Below are positions 25,608-38,746 of a DNA stretch of 62,688 bases, in pieces. The translations under genes and the position numbers were made by a program. The stretch is from Trueperaceae bacterium (GTDB lineage: Bacteria; Deinococcota; Deinococci; Deinococcales; Trueperaceae), in contig PWQI01000099.1 of the NCBI GenBank assembly GCA_003556805.1, positions 1 through 62,688 of the forward strand. The letters are read 5' to 3'. How positions within the stretch are numbered: position 1 is the first letter of the stretch; each line of letters opens with the position of its first letter. The notes beneath the pieces were generated by a model. It had not been told where the DNA came from, made no database searches, and worked only from the letters and a program-made list of their open reading frames with translations.

Positions 25608-26293
25608 AGGCCCGGCTGCGCGTCGCGGCCTGGCTGCTCGCCTCGTGGCTGGTCGGTGTCGCCGCGGCGCAGAACGGCGGCTGGGCGGTGCAGACCGTGG
25701 CGCTGCGCGACCTGCGCGAGGCCCAGCACACCGCGTCGACGCTGCGCGACGCCGGTTTCCCGGCGTTCACCGAGTTCGCCATGACCGACGGCCTGCAGTA
25801 CATCCGCGTGCGGGTGGGGTGCTGGAGCGCCCGCGAGGGGGCCGAGGCGGTGGCTGGGCTGCTGCTCGCCGGCCACGCGGGCGAGGCCGTGGTGGTGCCG
25901 CACAGCGCCGAGTCGCCACGGGCGTGCATCGAACTCGACGTCGGCTTCCTCATGCCGACGTCGTGGGAGGCGTTGTTCGAGCCGGGCGAGGCGCCGACGT
26001 TCCGGGTCGAGCTCGCCGGTCACGTCGCCCACATCCGCCACGACGGCCAGCGCTGGATGGTGCTGCAGGGCGAGGGCACGCCGACACCGTTGCGCGTCAC
26101 GGCCCCCGCACGACCGTACCGGCAAGGCGAGGTCGCGGGGAGCGCCGCCGTGTTCGACGATCGAAGCGAGCCGAGCGTGCTGATCTGCCCGGGGCGCCTG
26201 ATCGGGCAGGTCGGCGAGGTCGCCATCGCCGTGTGGGCGGACGCGGTCGTGGCGTGTCGCCCCCCGGACGCGTTCGCACGCGGACTGCCATGA
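25604..26293 (+). CDS. SPOR-domain (peptidoglycan-binding) protein with signal peptide
   Basis: GTGA overlap with hisH. It has the signal sequence LLASWLVGVAAAQ and a SPOR-like fold pattern (GWAVQTVALRDLREAQHTASTLRDAGFPAF...YIRVRVGCWSAREGAEAVAGLL). Confidence 0.6.
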   Translation: MKARLRVAAWLLASWLVGVAAAQNGGWAVQTVALRDLREAQHTASTLRDAGFPAFTEFAMTDGLQYIRVRVGCWSAREGAEAVAGLLLAGHAGEAVVVPHSAESPRACIELDVGFLMPTSWEALFEPGEAPTFRVELAGHVAHIRHDGQRWMVLQGEGTPTPLRVTAPARPYRQGEVAGSAAVFDDRSEPSVLICPGRLIGQVGEVAIAVWADAVVACRPPDAFARGLP

Positions 26294-27612
26294 GCGCGCG
26301 GCAGGTACGAGCGCGGCGTCGCCGCACGACGCTGCGCTACTTGCTGGCACCCGGCATGGGCGTGAAGCGCCACATCGTTCTGGCGGTGGCCGGTGGCGTG
26401 GTGTTCGCGCTCGGCATGGCCGTGCTGGCGGTCTGGTTGCTCGGCGACGAGCGCGGTGCCGCGAGCGAACCGATCGAGGCCGTGCTGGCGTCCGGATCGT
26501 GGCCACGCGTGGGCGGCTGGGTCGCCCTGGCGACGCTGGTGACCGGCGTGTGGTTAGCGGCCGGCGCCGTGGGCCGCTTGAACCGCTCGTTGCTGTCGCA
26601 CTGGCTCCCGGAGCCGAGGGAGGCCGCTGCGCACCTCTACGACCGGCTGCAACGCGCCAAGGGGCCGCGCATCGTCGCGCTCGGCGGCGGCACCGGCCTG
26701 TCGCGCTTGCTGCGCGGCGTGCGCGGCGCCACGTCGAACCTGACCGCCGTCGTGGCCGTCAGCGACGACGGCGGCTCGTCGGGGCGCCTGCGCGAGGCCT
26801 TCGACATGCCAGCACCTGGCGACCTGGTGGACTGCCTGGCGGCCCTGTCGAACGACGAGGTCGCCCTCGGCCGGCTCCTCGACTACCGCTTCCAACGCGG
26901 CGCCGAGCTCCAGGGCCACACCTTCGGGAACCTGTTCCTGACGACGCTGACGGAGATCGAGGGCGACTTCGGCGACGCCTTGCGAACCGCCAACCGCATG
27001 CTCGATCTCGGTGGCGCCGTCTACCCTGCCACGGCGCGGCCCATCGCGCTGCACATGCGCAAGCGCGACGGGCGCGAGATCGAAGGCGAGCGCCATGCGC
27101 ACGATGGCGGTGGCGCCATCGCGGAGGTCCGTATCGTCCCAACCGCCCCCGATGCCCTGCCCGAGGTGCTGGCCGCGATCGAGGCCGCGACCTTGGTGGT
27201 CCTGGGGCCCGGCAGCCTGTACACCTCGACGCTGCCTCCCCTGCTCGTGCCCGACGTCGGGGAGGCGCTGCGGCGCTCGAGCGCCCGCCTCGTGTACGTG
27301 TGCAACATCATGACCGAAGACGGCGAGACGACCGGCATGACCGCCTGGGAGCACGTGCAGGCGCTCCACGATCACCTCGGGCGCTATCCCGAGGTCGTGA
27401 TCGTCAACGACGAGCCGATCGACGAAGAGCGCCTGGCAGCGTACGCCGAGGAGTTCGCCGACGTCGTGGTGGTCGAGCCCGACCGCTTCCGCGAGGCGGG
27501 CATCCGGTTGCTGCCGGTCGCGCTCGTCGACGGCGGACGCCACGCTCAGCACGATCCGATGCGCCTGGCCGCCGCCCTGCTCGACCTCGCCAACGAACGG
27601 AGCCCCACCTGA
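26290..27612 (+). CDS. yvcK: YvcK/CofD-family (gluconeogenesis factor-type) protein with a ~125-aa N-terminal two-TM extension
   Basis: ATGA overlap with the SPOR gene. The core is IVALGGGTGLSRLLRGV ... VVAVSDDGGSSGRLR ... GHTFGNLFL ... VLGPGSLYTS. Confidence 0.85.
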   Translation: MSARQVRARRRRTTLRYLLAPGMGVKRHIVLAVAGGVVFALGMAVLAVWLLGDERGAASEPIEAVLASGSWPRVGGWVALATLVTGVWLAAGAVGRLNRSLLSHWLPEPREAAAHLYDRLQRAKGPRIVALGGGTGLSRLLRGVRGATSNLTAVVAVSDDGGSSGRLREAFDMPAPGDLVDCLAALSNDEVALGRLLDYRFQRGAELQGHTFGNLFLTTLTEIEGDFGDALRTANRMLDLGGAVYPATARPIALHMRKRDGREIEGERHAHDGGGAIAEVRIVPTAPDALPEVLAAIEAATLVVLGPGSLYTSTLPPLLVPDVGEALRRSSARLVYVCNIMTEDGETTGMTAWEHVQALHDHLGRYPEVVIVNDEPIDEERLAAYAEEFADVVVVEPDRFREAGIRLLPVALVDGGRHAQHDPMRLAAALLDLANERSPT

Positions 27613-28835
27613 TGGGCATCCTGTCCGCCGCTCGGGGCCGCCGCCTTCGACCACTCCTGCGCGCGTTGGCGCTGTGCTGCGCCCTGACAGCGAGCGGTGG
27701 TGCGGCGGCGCAGTCGGGCGACGCCTTCGGTGACGGCAGCCTGCGCCCGCCGACCGGACCGCGCTTCGCCGACCCGTCCTGGTACGACCTGGTCGACGTC
27801 GCGCTGCTCGCGGGCGACCCCGTGCGCATCGCGCTCACCTTGGGCGCCATCGACGGTAGCGGCGGTCTCGCGCTCGGGATCACGCAACCGATCCTCGAGG
27901 TCTACGTCGACAGCGCCGAGGGTGGGGCCGAGGCGTTGCTGCCGGGTTCGGGGCTGGCGATGCCGCTGGGCACGGGGTGGCAGGTCGCGATCCGGGTGAC
28001 CGGTGACGGGGCCTGGGCGTGGGAGGCCGACGCCGACGGCGTGGTCGACCTGGCCGCGCCCATACCCGTCGAGGTCGTCGTCGACGGCACCACGATCACC
28101 GTGTTGACACCGTTCGCGCGGCCCGAGGAAGAGGCCCGCCTGTACGCGGTGAGCGGCGTGTACGACCCGTTCCGTGCCGACGGCTGGCGACCGCTCAGCC
28201 GCGAGCCGTCGCCGTGGGCGTTCAGCTCGGACCAGCAGCAGACACCGGTGGTCGACGTGTTCCCTGGCGATCCATCGGAGCGGGCCGCGGCGTTGGCACG
28301 GGGCGAGTTGCCGCGCGCGCAGGTCGCCGGCGGCATCGCGCCTGGCAGCCTGGTGTGGGTGTGGTTGATGGGCGCAGGCGTCGCCCTGGCGCTCGCAGGC
28401 TTGGTGCTGCGGACGCGCCCCGTGCGCCGCGCCGCGACGGCGACGGCGCGGGACGACGCGCCTCCGGCCGACGATCCACCCGCCCGGTACGTGACGGTGG
28501 CGCTGCCGACGATGACCGAGCCGCCGGCGGGCGAGGTCGAGCTGATCGACGACTCCGAGCTGCCGTCGGCGCCCGATGACACCGAGCCCGTCGACGCTGC
28601 CGTGGCTCAGTCCGTGCGGGTCGCCGAGACCGCCGCGTTCCCGCCCGCGCCGCTCGCGCTCCCAGCGCCTCGGCCCGACGCGTTCGCTGCAGACGCGTCC
28701 ACAGCGGATCCGCTCACGGCGGACGCACCCGCCGAGGACGCCGCCGCGACGGACGCACCCGACGTGGAGTCGCCGACGCGTTCGAGCGAGACGGAGGCAC
28801 CGAGCGAGCCGAGCCGGGACGCCAAGCGTTCGTAA
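27612..28835 (+). CDS. Secreted/membrane-anchored protein with glucodextranase-like C-domain (Glucodextran_C-type), TM helix and acidic Pro/Ala-rich tail
   Basis: The ATG shares 1 nt with the yvcK TGA. It has a signal peptide, the pattern WYDLVDVAL...VRIALTLGAI...ITQPILEVYVD, and a TM helix (LVWVWLMGAGVALALAGLVL). I made the domain call from memory of the family pattern. Confidence 0.5.
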   Translation: MGILSAARGRRLRPLLRALALCCALTASGGAAAQSGDAFGDGSLRPPTGPRFADPSWYDLVDVALLAGDPVRIALTLGAIDGSGGLALGITQPILEVYVDSAEGGAEALLPGSGLAMPLGTGWQVAIRVTGDGAWAWEADADGVVDLAAPIPVEVVVDGTTITVLTPFARPEEEARLYAVSGVYDPFRADGWRPLSREPSPWAFSSDQQQTPVVDVFPGDPSERAAALARGELPRAQVAGGIAPGSLVWVWLMGAGVALALAGLVLRTRPVRRAATATARDDAPPADDPPARYVTVALPTMTEPPAGEVELIDDSELPSAPDDTEPVDAAVAQSVRVAETAAFPPAPLALPAPRPDAFAADASTADPLTADAPAEDAAATDAPDVESPTRSSETEAPSEPSRDAKRS

Positions 28836-30040
28836 CCGCGGTCGATGAACTCCACGCCGCTGACCTGCGAGGTGCCGCGTGCTGCCAGCGCCGCCACCAC
28901 GAGCGCACCGCCGGCCCTGATGTCGGCGGCGTGGACGGCGGCGCCGTGCAACGGCTGCCCGCCGCGGATCACCAGCGTGCGATCGGTCAGCTCCAGCGAC
29001 GCGCCCATGCGCTGCAGCTCCGCGACGTGCGTGTACCGGTCCGGGTAGACGCGGTCGCGGACCACGCTCACGCCGGGGAGCGTCGCGAGGTACGCGCCGA
29101 ACGGTGCCTGCAGGTCGGTCGGCACGCCCGGGTACTCCGTGGCCGTGACGTCGGTGGCGTTCAGATCGCCGGTGGCGTCGATGCGGACGCTCTCCGGGCT
29201 CTCGACCACGACGCGCACGCCGGTCTGCGAGAGGGCGTCGAGCACCGCCTGGACGTGCGTGGGGCGGAGGTCGCGCAGCACGACGTCGCCGCGCGTCGCC
29301 GCCACGGCGAGCATGAAGGTGCCGGCCTCGATCCGATCGGGGATGGGCCGGAAGGTGGCGCCGTGGAGGCGCGGCACCCCCTGGACCTGGATCACCGGGG
29401 TGCCGGCGCCCTCGACGCGCCCTCCCATGGCGTTGAGCAGGGCCGCGAGGTCGGCGACCTCCGGCTCGAGGGCGGCGTTCTCGATGGTGACGTCGCCCTC
29501 GCCCAGGGCGGATGCCAGGAGCACGTTCTGGGTGCCGCCGACGGTGGGGGCCTCGAACGCGACGGTGCCCTGGACCGGTCCGGTGCGACGGGCCGCGAAG
29601 GCCCCGCCGCTCTCGTCGACCTCGATGCCGAGGGCTCGGAACGCCGTCAGGTGGCGATCGACGGGGCGAGGGCCGAAGGCGCAGCCACCGGGCATCGAGA
29701 TGCGCGCCTCGCCCGTGCGGGCCAGGAGCGCACCCATCGCGACGAAGCTGGCCCGCATGCGGCTCACCAGCGCGTAGGGCGCGCTGCTGCGCTGCACCTC
29801 GCGGGCGTGGAGCCGCAGCTCGCGGCCCTCCCAGCGCACCTCGGCGCCGAGGTGCTCGAGCAGCTCGAGTTCGACGAGCACGTCGGCGAGGCGCGGCACG
29901 TCGAGCAGCACGAGCGGCTCGTCGCTGAGCAGGCTCGCCAGGATCAGGTACAGGGCGGAGTTCTTGGCGGTGTGGACGCCCAACGTGCCGTGCAGCGAGC
30001 GGCCGCCCTCGATGTGCATGGTCTCTCGCGCGCGGTCCAT
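28607..30040 (-). CDS. murA: UDP-N-acetylglucosamine 1-carboxyvinyltransferase with a ~55-aa low-complexity C-terminal read-on
   Basis: Canonical MurA up to ...FIDRGYERLASRLGSLGASVSLERV. There is no stop until 28607. A GAGGGGG SD lies 8 nt before the ATG at 30040. Confidence 0.92.
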   Translation of the reverse strand: MDRARETMHIEGGRSLHGTLGVHTAKNSALYLILASLLSDEPLVLLDVPRLADVLVELELLEHLGAEVRWEGRELRLHAREVQRSSAPYALVSRMRASFVAMGALLARTGEARISMPGGCAFGPRPVDRHLTAFRALGIEVDESGGAFAARRTGPVQGTVAFEAPTVGGTQNVLLASALGEGDVTIENAALEPEVADLAALLNAMGGRVEGAGTPVIQVQGVPRLHGATFRPIPDRIEAGTFMLAVAATRGDVVLRDLRPTHVQAVLDALSQTGVRVVVESPESVRIDATGDLNATDVTATEYPGVPTDLQAPFGAYLATLPGVSVVRDRVYPDRYTHVAELQRMGASLELTDRTLVIRGGQPLHGAAVHAADIRAGGALVVAALAARGTSQVSGVEFIDRGYERLASRLGSLGASVSLERVGDSTSGASVAAASSAGASAVSGSAVDASAANASGRGAGSASGAGGNAAVSATRTD

Positions 30041-30073
30041 CCGGTACGCCCCCTCGCGCCTACCATGTGGCAG

Positions 30074-30101
30074 TTACACATGATGCGCATGTCTAGTGTA
30101 A
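30074..30101. promoter_or_regulatory. Inverted repeat TTACAC-N16-GTGTAA enclosing the palindrome ATGCGCAT; candidate operator
   Basis: The right arm (30096..30101) overlaps the murA -10 box. TGATGCG recurs at 30081 and 30111, 30 nt apart. Confidence 0.35.
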
Positions 30102-30123
30102 GAAGCATCGTGATGCGTGTCAA
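30095..30123 (-). promoter_or_regulatory. murA promoter, TTGACA-N17-TACACT
   Basis: On the minus strand the -35 is at 30118..30123 and the -10 at 30095..30100, about 50 nt upstream of the murA ATG. Confidence 0.6.
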
Positions 30124-30185
30124 CACGAAGCGTCACGCGCTCGACACGCACATGCTACGATGATGCCTCACCAGGAGGGTCCATC

Positions 30186-30395
30186 GTGCCGAAGCGCGAC
30201 AAGAGCAAGCGTCTGCAGGTGGTGATCAGCGAGGAGCAGGATTCGCTCATCACGAAGACCGCCTACCAGCTGTCGAACCCCGAGCGCCTGATCTCGAAGT
30301 CGGAAGTCGTGCGCCTCGGCATCGCCATGCTCAACCGCGCCGTGGAGTCAGGGCAGGTCGACCCGGAGCTGCTGAAGTCGCTCGACGACGGCTGA
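30186..30395 (+). CDS. Small ribbon-helix-helix (CopG/Arc-like) DNA-binding protein
   Basis: The GTG at 30186 follows an AGGAGG SD by 7 nt. The pattern is beta strand (KRLQVVISEEQ), helix, helix (SKSEVVRLGIAMLNRAV). The product is 69 aa. Confidence 0.55.
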   Translation: MPKRDKSKRLQVVISEEQDSLITKTAYQLSNPERLISKSEVVRLGIAMLNRAVESGQVDPELLKSLDDG

Positions 30396-30402
30396 CGCCG
30401 CG

Positions 30403-32259
30403 ATGTTCCAACCCGGCGAGGTCATCGACGACCGCTACGACGTTCTGGGCCCACTCGGCCAGGGCGGTATGGCGCACGTGTTCCGGGCCCACGACCGGCG
30501 CCTGGAGCGCACCGTCGCGCTCAAGGTCCTCAGACCGCACCTGACCGAGGCCGACGCAGAGCGCTTCCGCCGTGAGATCCGCGCGCTGGCGCGCTTCAAC
30601 CATCCCGGCATCGTGGCCATCTACGACCTCGGTCAGGGCGAACACGTCTACTTCGCGATGGAGCTCGTCGAGGGCGGTCCGATCACCGACCTCGGACCGT
30701 ACGACGGCGACACGGAGGCGGTCGAGGCGCTCCTCGCCGCCGCGATCACCGTGGCTGACGCGCTCGACTACGTACACCGCCTCGGCATGGTCCACCGCGA
30801 CCTCACGCCGCGCAACATCCTGTTGACGCGCGGCGGCCATCCCAAAGTGATGGACTTCGGGCTGGTGCGGCTGACCGAGTCGTCGCGCGAGCTCACCCGC
30901 ACCGGTTTCACCCTCGGCACGCCGCAGTACATGGCGCCCGAACAGGCCACGGGCGGCGCTCCGATCGGCTCGCCCGTCGACCTCTACGCCTTCGGGGCCG
31001 TCCTCTACCGCACGCTCACCGGACGCGCGCCGTTCGACGCCGACAACGACCAAGCCGTGCTGTACCAGCACGTCTACGGCAACCCCACGCCGGTCGTGGA
31101 ACTCGCCCCGCTCGTGCCGATCGCGCTCGGCGAGCTCGTCGACGGGCTCCTCGCCAAGCGGCCCGAGGCCCGGCCCGCCTCGGCCGCGGCGGTAGCCGCC
31201 CGCCTTCGCGCGTTGCGGAGCGCGCACCACGTGCGCGCGCCCGAGTCCCCGCGAGCCGGGCCCGGCCTGCGCGGCACCTACCCCGGGGGGCCCGCGACGA
31301 CGCGGCCGTTGCAGCTGCGCTGGCAGCGTCAGCTGGACGAGGGACCACAGTGGCCGGCCGGCCTCGGCGCCGCGGCTGGTTGGATCGCCGTCGGTCAGCG
31401 GAGCGACCAGCTGGCCATCCTGCATCCCTCCGACGGCAGCGTCACCGCCCGCTTCGCACTCAGCGACGAAGTCGTCACGGCGCCGCTCTTCGCGCACGAG
31501 CGCTTGGTCGTCGCGACGCGAGACGGTGTCGTGACGGCGTTCGCATGGCCCCAGGGACGCCCCGTCTGGACGCGCGACGACGTCGATGCGGTGGGGATCG
31601 CCCGGCTCGGCAGCGACCTCGTGGTGACGTGCCGCGATGGCCGCGTGGAGCGCTGGGACGACCAGGCCCGGCCCCGCTGGCGCTTCGATGCGGGGCGCGC
31701 CCTAGCGACGGCCGCGTGCCTGCACCGCGGCCACGCCTTCGTCTTCGACGACGACGGCTGGCTCCATGCGGTCGATCTACAGCGTGGCGTCCGGCGCTTC
31801 AAGGTCGAGGTGGGACCGAGCGTCGCGCCACCCGTGGCCGTCGACGGCGTCTTGCTGCTCACGGCACGCACCGGCGAACTCCACGCGTTCGACATCGCGA
31901 CGCACGACGTCCGTTGGAGCTACGACCTCGAGGGCGAGGTGTGGGCGCCGCCGGCGGCGGCCGGTGGGCACGTCTACGTGGCCTCGTGGGGCGAACGGCT
32001 GCACGCGCTCACGCTGAAGAGCGGTGACGACGCCTGGAACGCGGACCTGGCGGCGCCCGTGACGGCGCCGCCGGTCGTCGCGGCGGGCGTGGTGTACGTG
32101 GCGACCGAAGGGGGCGCAGTGCTCGCCTTCGACGCCACCAGCGGGCGCCCCGCCGGCCAGCATCAGGTGAGCCACGCCCCGATCCAGGCGGGGCCGTTGC
32201 CGATCGGAGACGCGCTCGTGGTCGCGGCCCTCGACGGCGTCGTCCACTGCTTGCACTGA
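30403..32259 (+). CDS. Hanks-type Ser/Thr protein kinase fused to a PQQ-like beta-propeller
   Basis: Kinase motifs VALKVL, HRDLTPRNILL, DFG and YMAPEQ are present. The C-terminal half has repeated propeller blades (AAGGHVYVASWGERLHAL, AAGVVYVATEGGAVLAF). I saw no TM segment. Confidence 0.85.
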   Translation: MFQPGEVIDDRYDVLGPLGQGGMAHVFRAHDRRLERTVALKVLRPHLTEADAERFRREIRALARFNHPGIVAIYDLGQGEHVYFAMELVEGGPITDLGPYDGDTEAVEALLAAAITVADALDYVHRLGMVHRDLTPRNILLTRGGHPKVMDFGLVRLTESSRELTRTGFTLGTPQYMAPEQATGGAPIGSPVDLYAFGAVLYRTLTGRAPFDADNDQAVLYQHVYGNPTPVVELAPLVPIALGELVDGLLAKRPEARPASAAAVAARLRALRSAHHVRAPESPRAGPGLRGTYPGGPATTRPLQLRWQRQLDEGPQWPAGLGAAAGWIAVGQRSDQLAILHPSDGSVTARFALSDEVVTAPLFAHERLVVATRDGVVTAFAWPQGRPVWTRDDVDAVGIARLGSDLVVTCRDGRVERWDDQARPRWRFDAGRALATAACLHRGHAFVFDDDGWLHAVDLQRGVRRFKVEVGPSVAPPVAVDGVLLLTARTGELHAFDIATHDVRWSYDLEGEVWAPPAAAGGHVYVASWGERLHALTLKSGDDAWNADLAAPVTAPPVVAAGVVYVATEGGAVLAFDATSGRPAGQHQVSHAPIQAGPLPIGDALVVAALDGVVHCLH

Positions 32260-32262
32260 CGC

Positions 32263-36852
<4,590 letters not shown>

Positions 36853-36989
36853 GCGTTCCCTTCCGGAGACGGATCCTCGACGCCCGCGACCGCGGCCCCG
36901 GGGGGCGTGCGGTCGGGCCTTCGAAGGCCGTCTGTGGCACGGGCGGCCGCCGGGAGGGCGGCAGGCGGCCGTGGCGGCACGATAGCAGC

Positions 36990-37020
36990 GCGGCGCGCCG
37001 ACGGTCAAACGGCGCGCCGC
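36990..37020 (-). terminator. Perfect 11-bp hairpin after cimA
   Basis: Minus strand: GCGGCGCGCCG tttgaccgt CGGCGCGCCGC, 53 nt after the cimA stop. There is no U-tract. Confidence 0.45.
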
Positions 37021-37072
37021 CCGGAAGCACCCTCTGGCACGCCCGAAACGTCAGCCGATGGACCGCTTCGCC

Positions 37073-38746
37073 TCAGCTTCGAAGGGGCGCCTCGGCCGCG
37101 GCCTCCGCACCGAAGGCGACCGGTCCACCCGGCACCACCCCGTCGGCGTGCAGCTTCGAGTCGATCGCATCGAGCAGCGCCTGGTACGACGCGTCGATGA
37201 TGTTGGTGTGGGCACCGACGGTCCCCCAGGTGCGCTCGCCGTCGCTGGTCTCGACGTGCACCCGCACCACGCTGGCGGTCCCCGTGTCGGGCCCGGCCAG
37301 CACCCGGACCTTGTAGTCCGTGAGCGTGAGCGAGCGCAGGCTCGGGTAGAAGCCCTCGAGCGCCTTGCGCAAGGCCCGGTCGAGCGCGTTGACGGGGCCG
37401 TCGCCATCCGCCGCCGTGTGCTCGAAGACGTCGCCCACCTGCACACGCACGTTGGCCTCGCAGCGCGGCCCGCCGTCGCCGTCGCGCTTGTCGATCATCA
37501 CGGTGTAGCCGTGCAAGGTGAAGTACGGGCGGTGATCGCCGCGGACCTTGCGCGCCACCAGGTGGAACGACGCCTCCGCACCCTCGAACGCGTAACCGAG
37601 GTGCTCGAGCTCCTTCAGGCGACCGACCAGCGTCGCGGCCTCGTCGGCGAGGGCGCCGTCGCCGAGCTCGTCGGCCTTGGCGACCAGGTTGGCGCGGCCC
37701 GACAGGTCGGACAGCAGCACCCGGCGCGTGTTGCCGACCGACTCCGGTGGAACGTGCTCGTAGGTATCGGGACGGCGGTTGACGGCCGACACGTGGATGC
37801 CGCCCTTGTGGGCGAACGCCCCCTCGCCGACGTAGGGCGCGCGCGGGTTGGAGGCGAGGTTGGCGCGCTCGTCGACGAAGCGGCCGAGCGCCGTCGCCTC
37901 GATGAGCGGTTGCGGCTGGTCGGCGCCGAGCTTGAGGACCAGGGTCGGCAACAGGCCGAGCAGGTCGAGGTTGCCGCAGCGCTCGCCGTAGCCGCCGATC
38001 GTCCCCTGCACATGCGACGCACCCTCGCGCAGCGCCGCCAGGGCGTTGGCGATGGCCAACCCGGCGTCGTTGTGCGGATGGACGCCCAGCGGCACCCGTG
38101 CCCCCGCGGCCGCGAGGTGCTCGCGCGCGCGGCGAGTGGCCGCCGCGATCTCCTCCGGTAGTCGGCCGCCGTTGGTGTCGCACAGGACCAGGCGCTCGGC
38201 GCCGGCCTCGGCGGCAGCGATCAGCGTCGCGAGCGCGTAGTCCGGGTCGTCAGCGAAGCCGTCGTAGAAGTGCTCGGCGTCGTAGACCACGCGGCGGCCC
38301 TGGTCGCGCATGAAGGCCACCGACGAGCCGATCATCGCCACGTTCTGGTCCAGGCTCGCGCCCAGCGCCTCACGGACGTGCAGCGTCCAGGACTTGCCGA
38401 ACAGCGTCACGACCGGGGTGCGTGCCGCCAGGAGCGCCGCCAGGTTGGCATCGTGCTCGACCAGCGCGTCCTTGCGCCGCGTGCTGCCGAAGGCGGCCAG
38501 GCTCGCGTGCGACAACTCGACGTCGAGCATGCGCTCGAAGAACGCGACGTCGCGCGGGTTCGAGCCCGGCCAGCCACCCTCGATGAGGTCGACCTTGAAG
38601 GCGTCGAGCCGCAGCGCCACGGCGATCTTGTCGTCGCTGGTGAAGCTGACGCCGATGCCCTGCGTGCCATCGCGCAGGGTCGTGTCGTAGACCTCCACAC
38701 GGCGCCCGCGGAGCGCGTCGCGCGTCGACGGGAGGGCGTTCGTCAC
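37073..38746 (-). CDS. cimA: (R)-citramalate synthase (LeuA-related, TIGR00977-type)
   Basis: The GTG at 38746 overlaps the leuA TGA (GTGA). The motif is [12 protein letters not shown]...[16 protein letters not shown], and a C-terminal LeuA-dimer regulatory domain is present. Confidence 0.85.
   Translation of the reverse strand: MTNALPSTRDALRGRRVEVYDTTLRDGTQGIGVSFTSDDKIAVALRLDAFKVDLIEGGWPGSNPRDVAFFERMLDVELSHASLAAFGSTRRKDALVEHDANLAALLAARTPVVTLFGKSWTLHVREALGASLDQNVAMIGSSVAFMRDQGRRVVYDAEHFYDGFADDPDYALATLIAAAEAGAERLVLCDTNGGRLPEEIAAATRRAREHLAAAGARVPLGVHPHNDAGLAIANALAALREGASHVQGTIGGYGERCGNLDLLGLLPTLVLKLGADQPQPLIEATALGRFVDERANLASNPRAPYVGEGAFAHKGGIHVSAVNRRPDTYEHVPPESVGNTRRVLLSDLSGRANLVAKADELGDGALADEAATLVGRLKELEHLGYAFEGAEASFHLVARKVRGDHRPYFTLHGYTVMIDKRDGDGGPRCEANVRVQVGDVFEHTAADGDGPVNALDRALRKALEGFYPSLRSLTLTDYKVRVLAGPDTGTASVVRVHVETSDGERTWGTVGAHTNIIDASYQALLDAIDSKLHADGVVPGGPVAFGAEAAAEAPLRS

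Noticed and set aside
36853-37072. 220-nt gltB 5' region as a possible glutamine or other riboswitch
   Set aside because: It contains hairpins (for example GGCCTTCGAAGGCC) and the cimA terminator. I recognise no conserved riboswitch core, so it remains an unexplained long leader only. A covariance-model scan would be needed.
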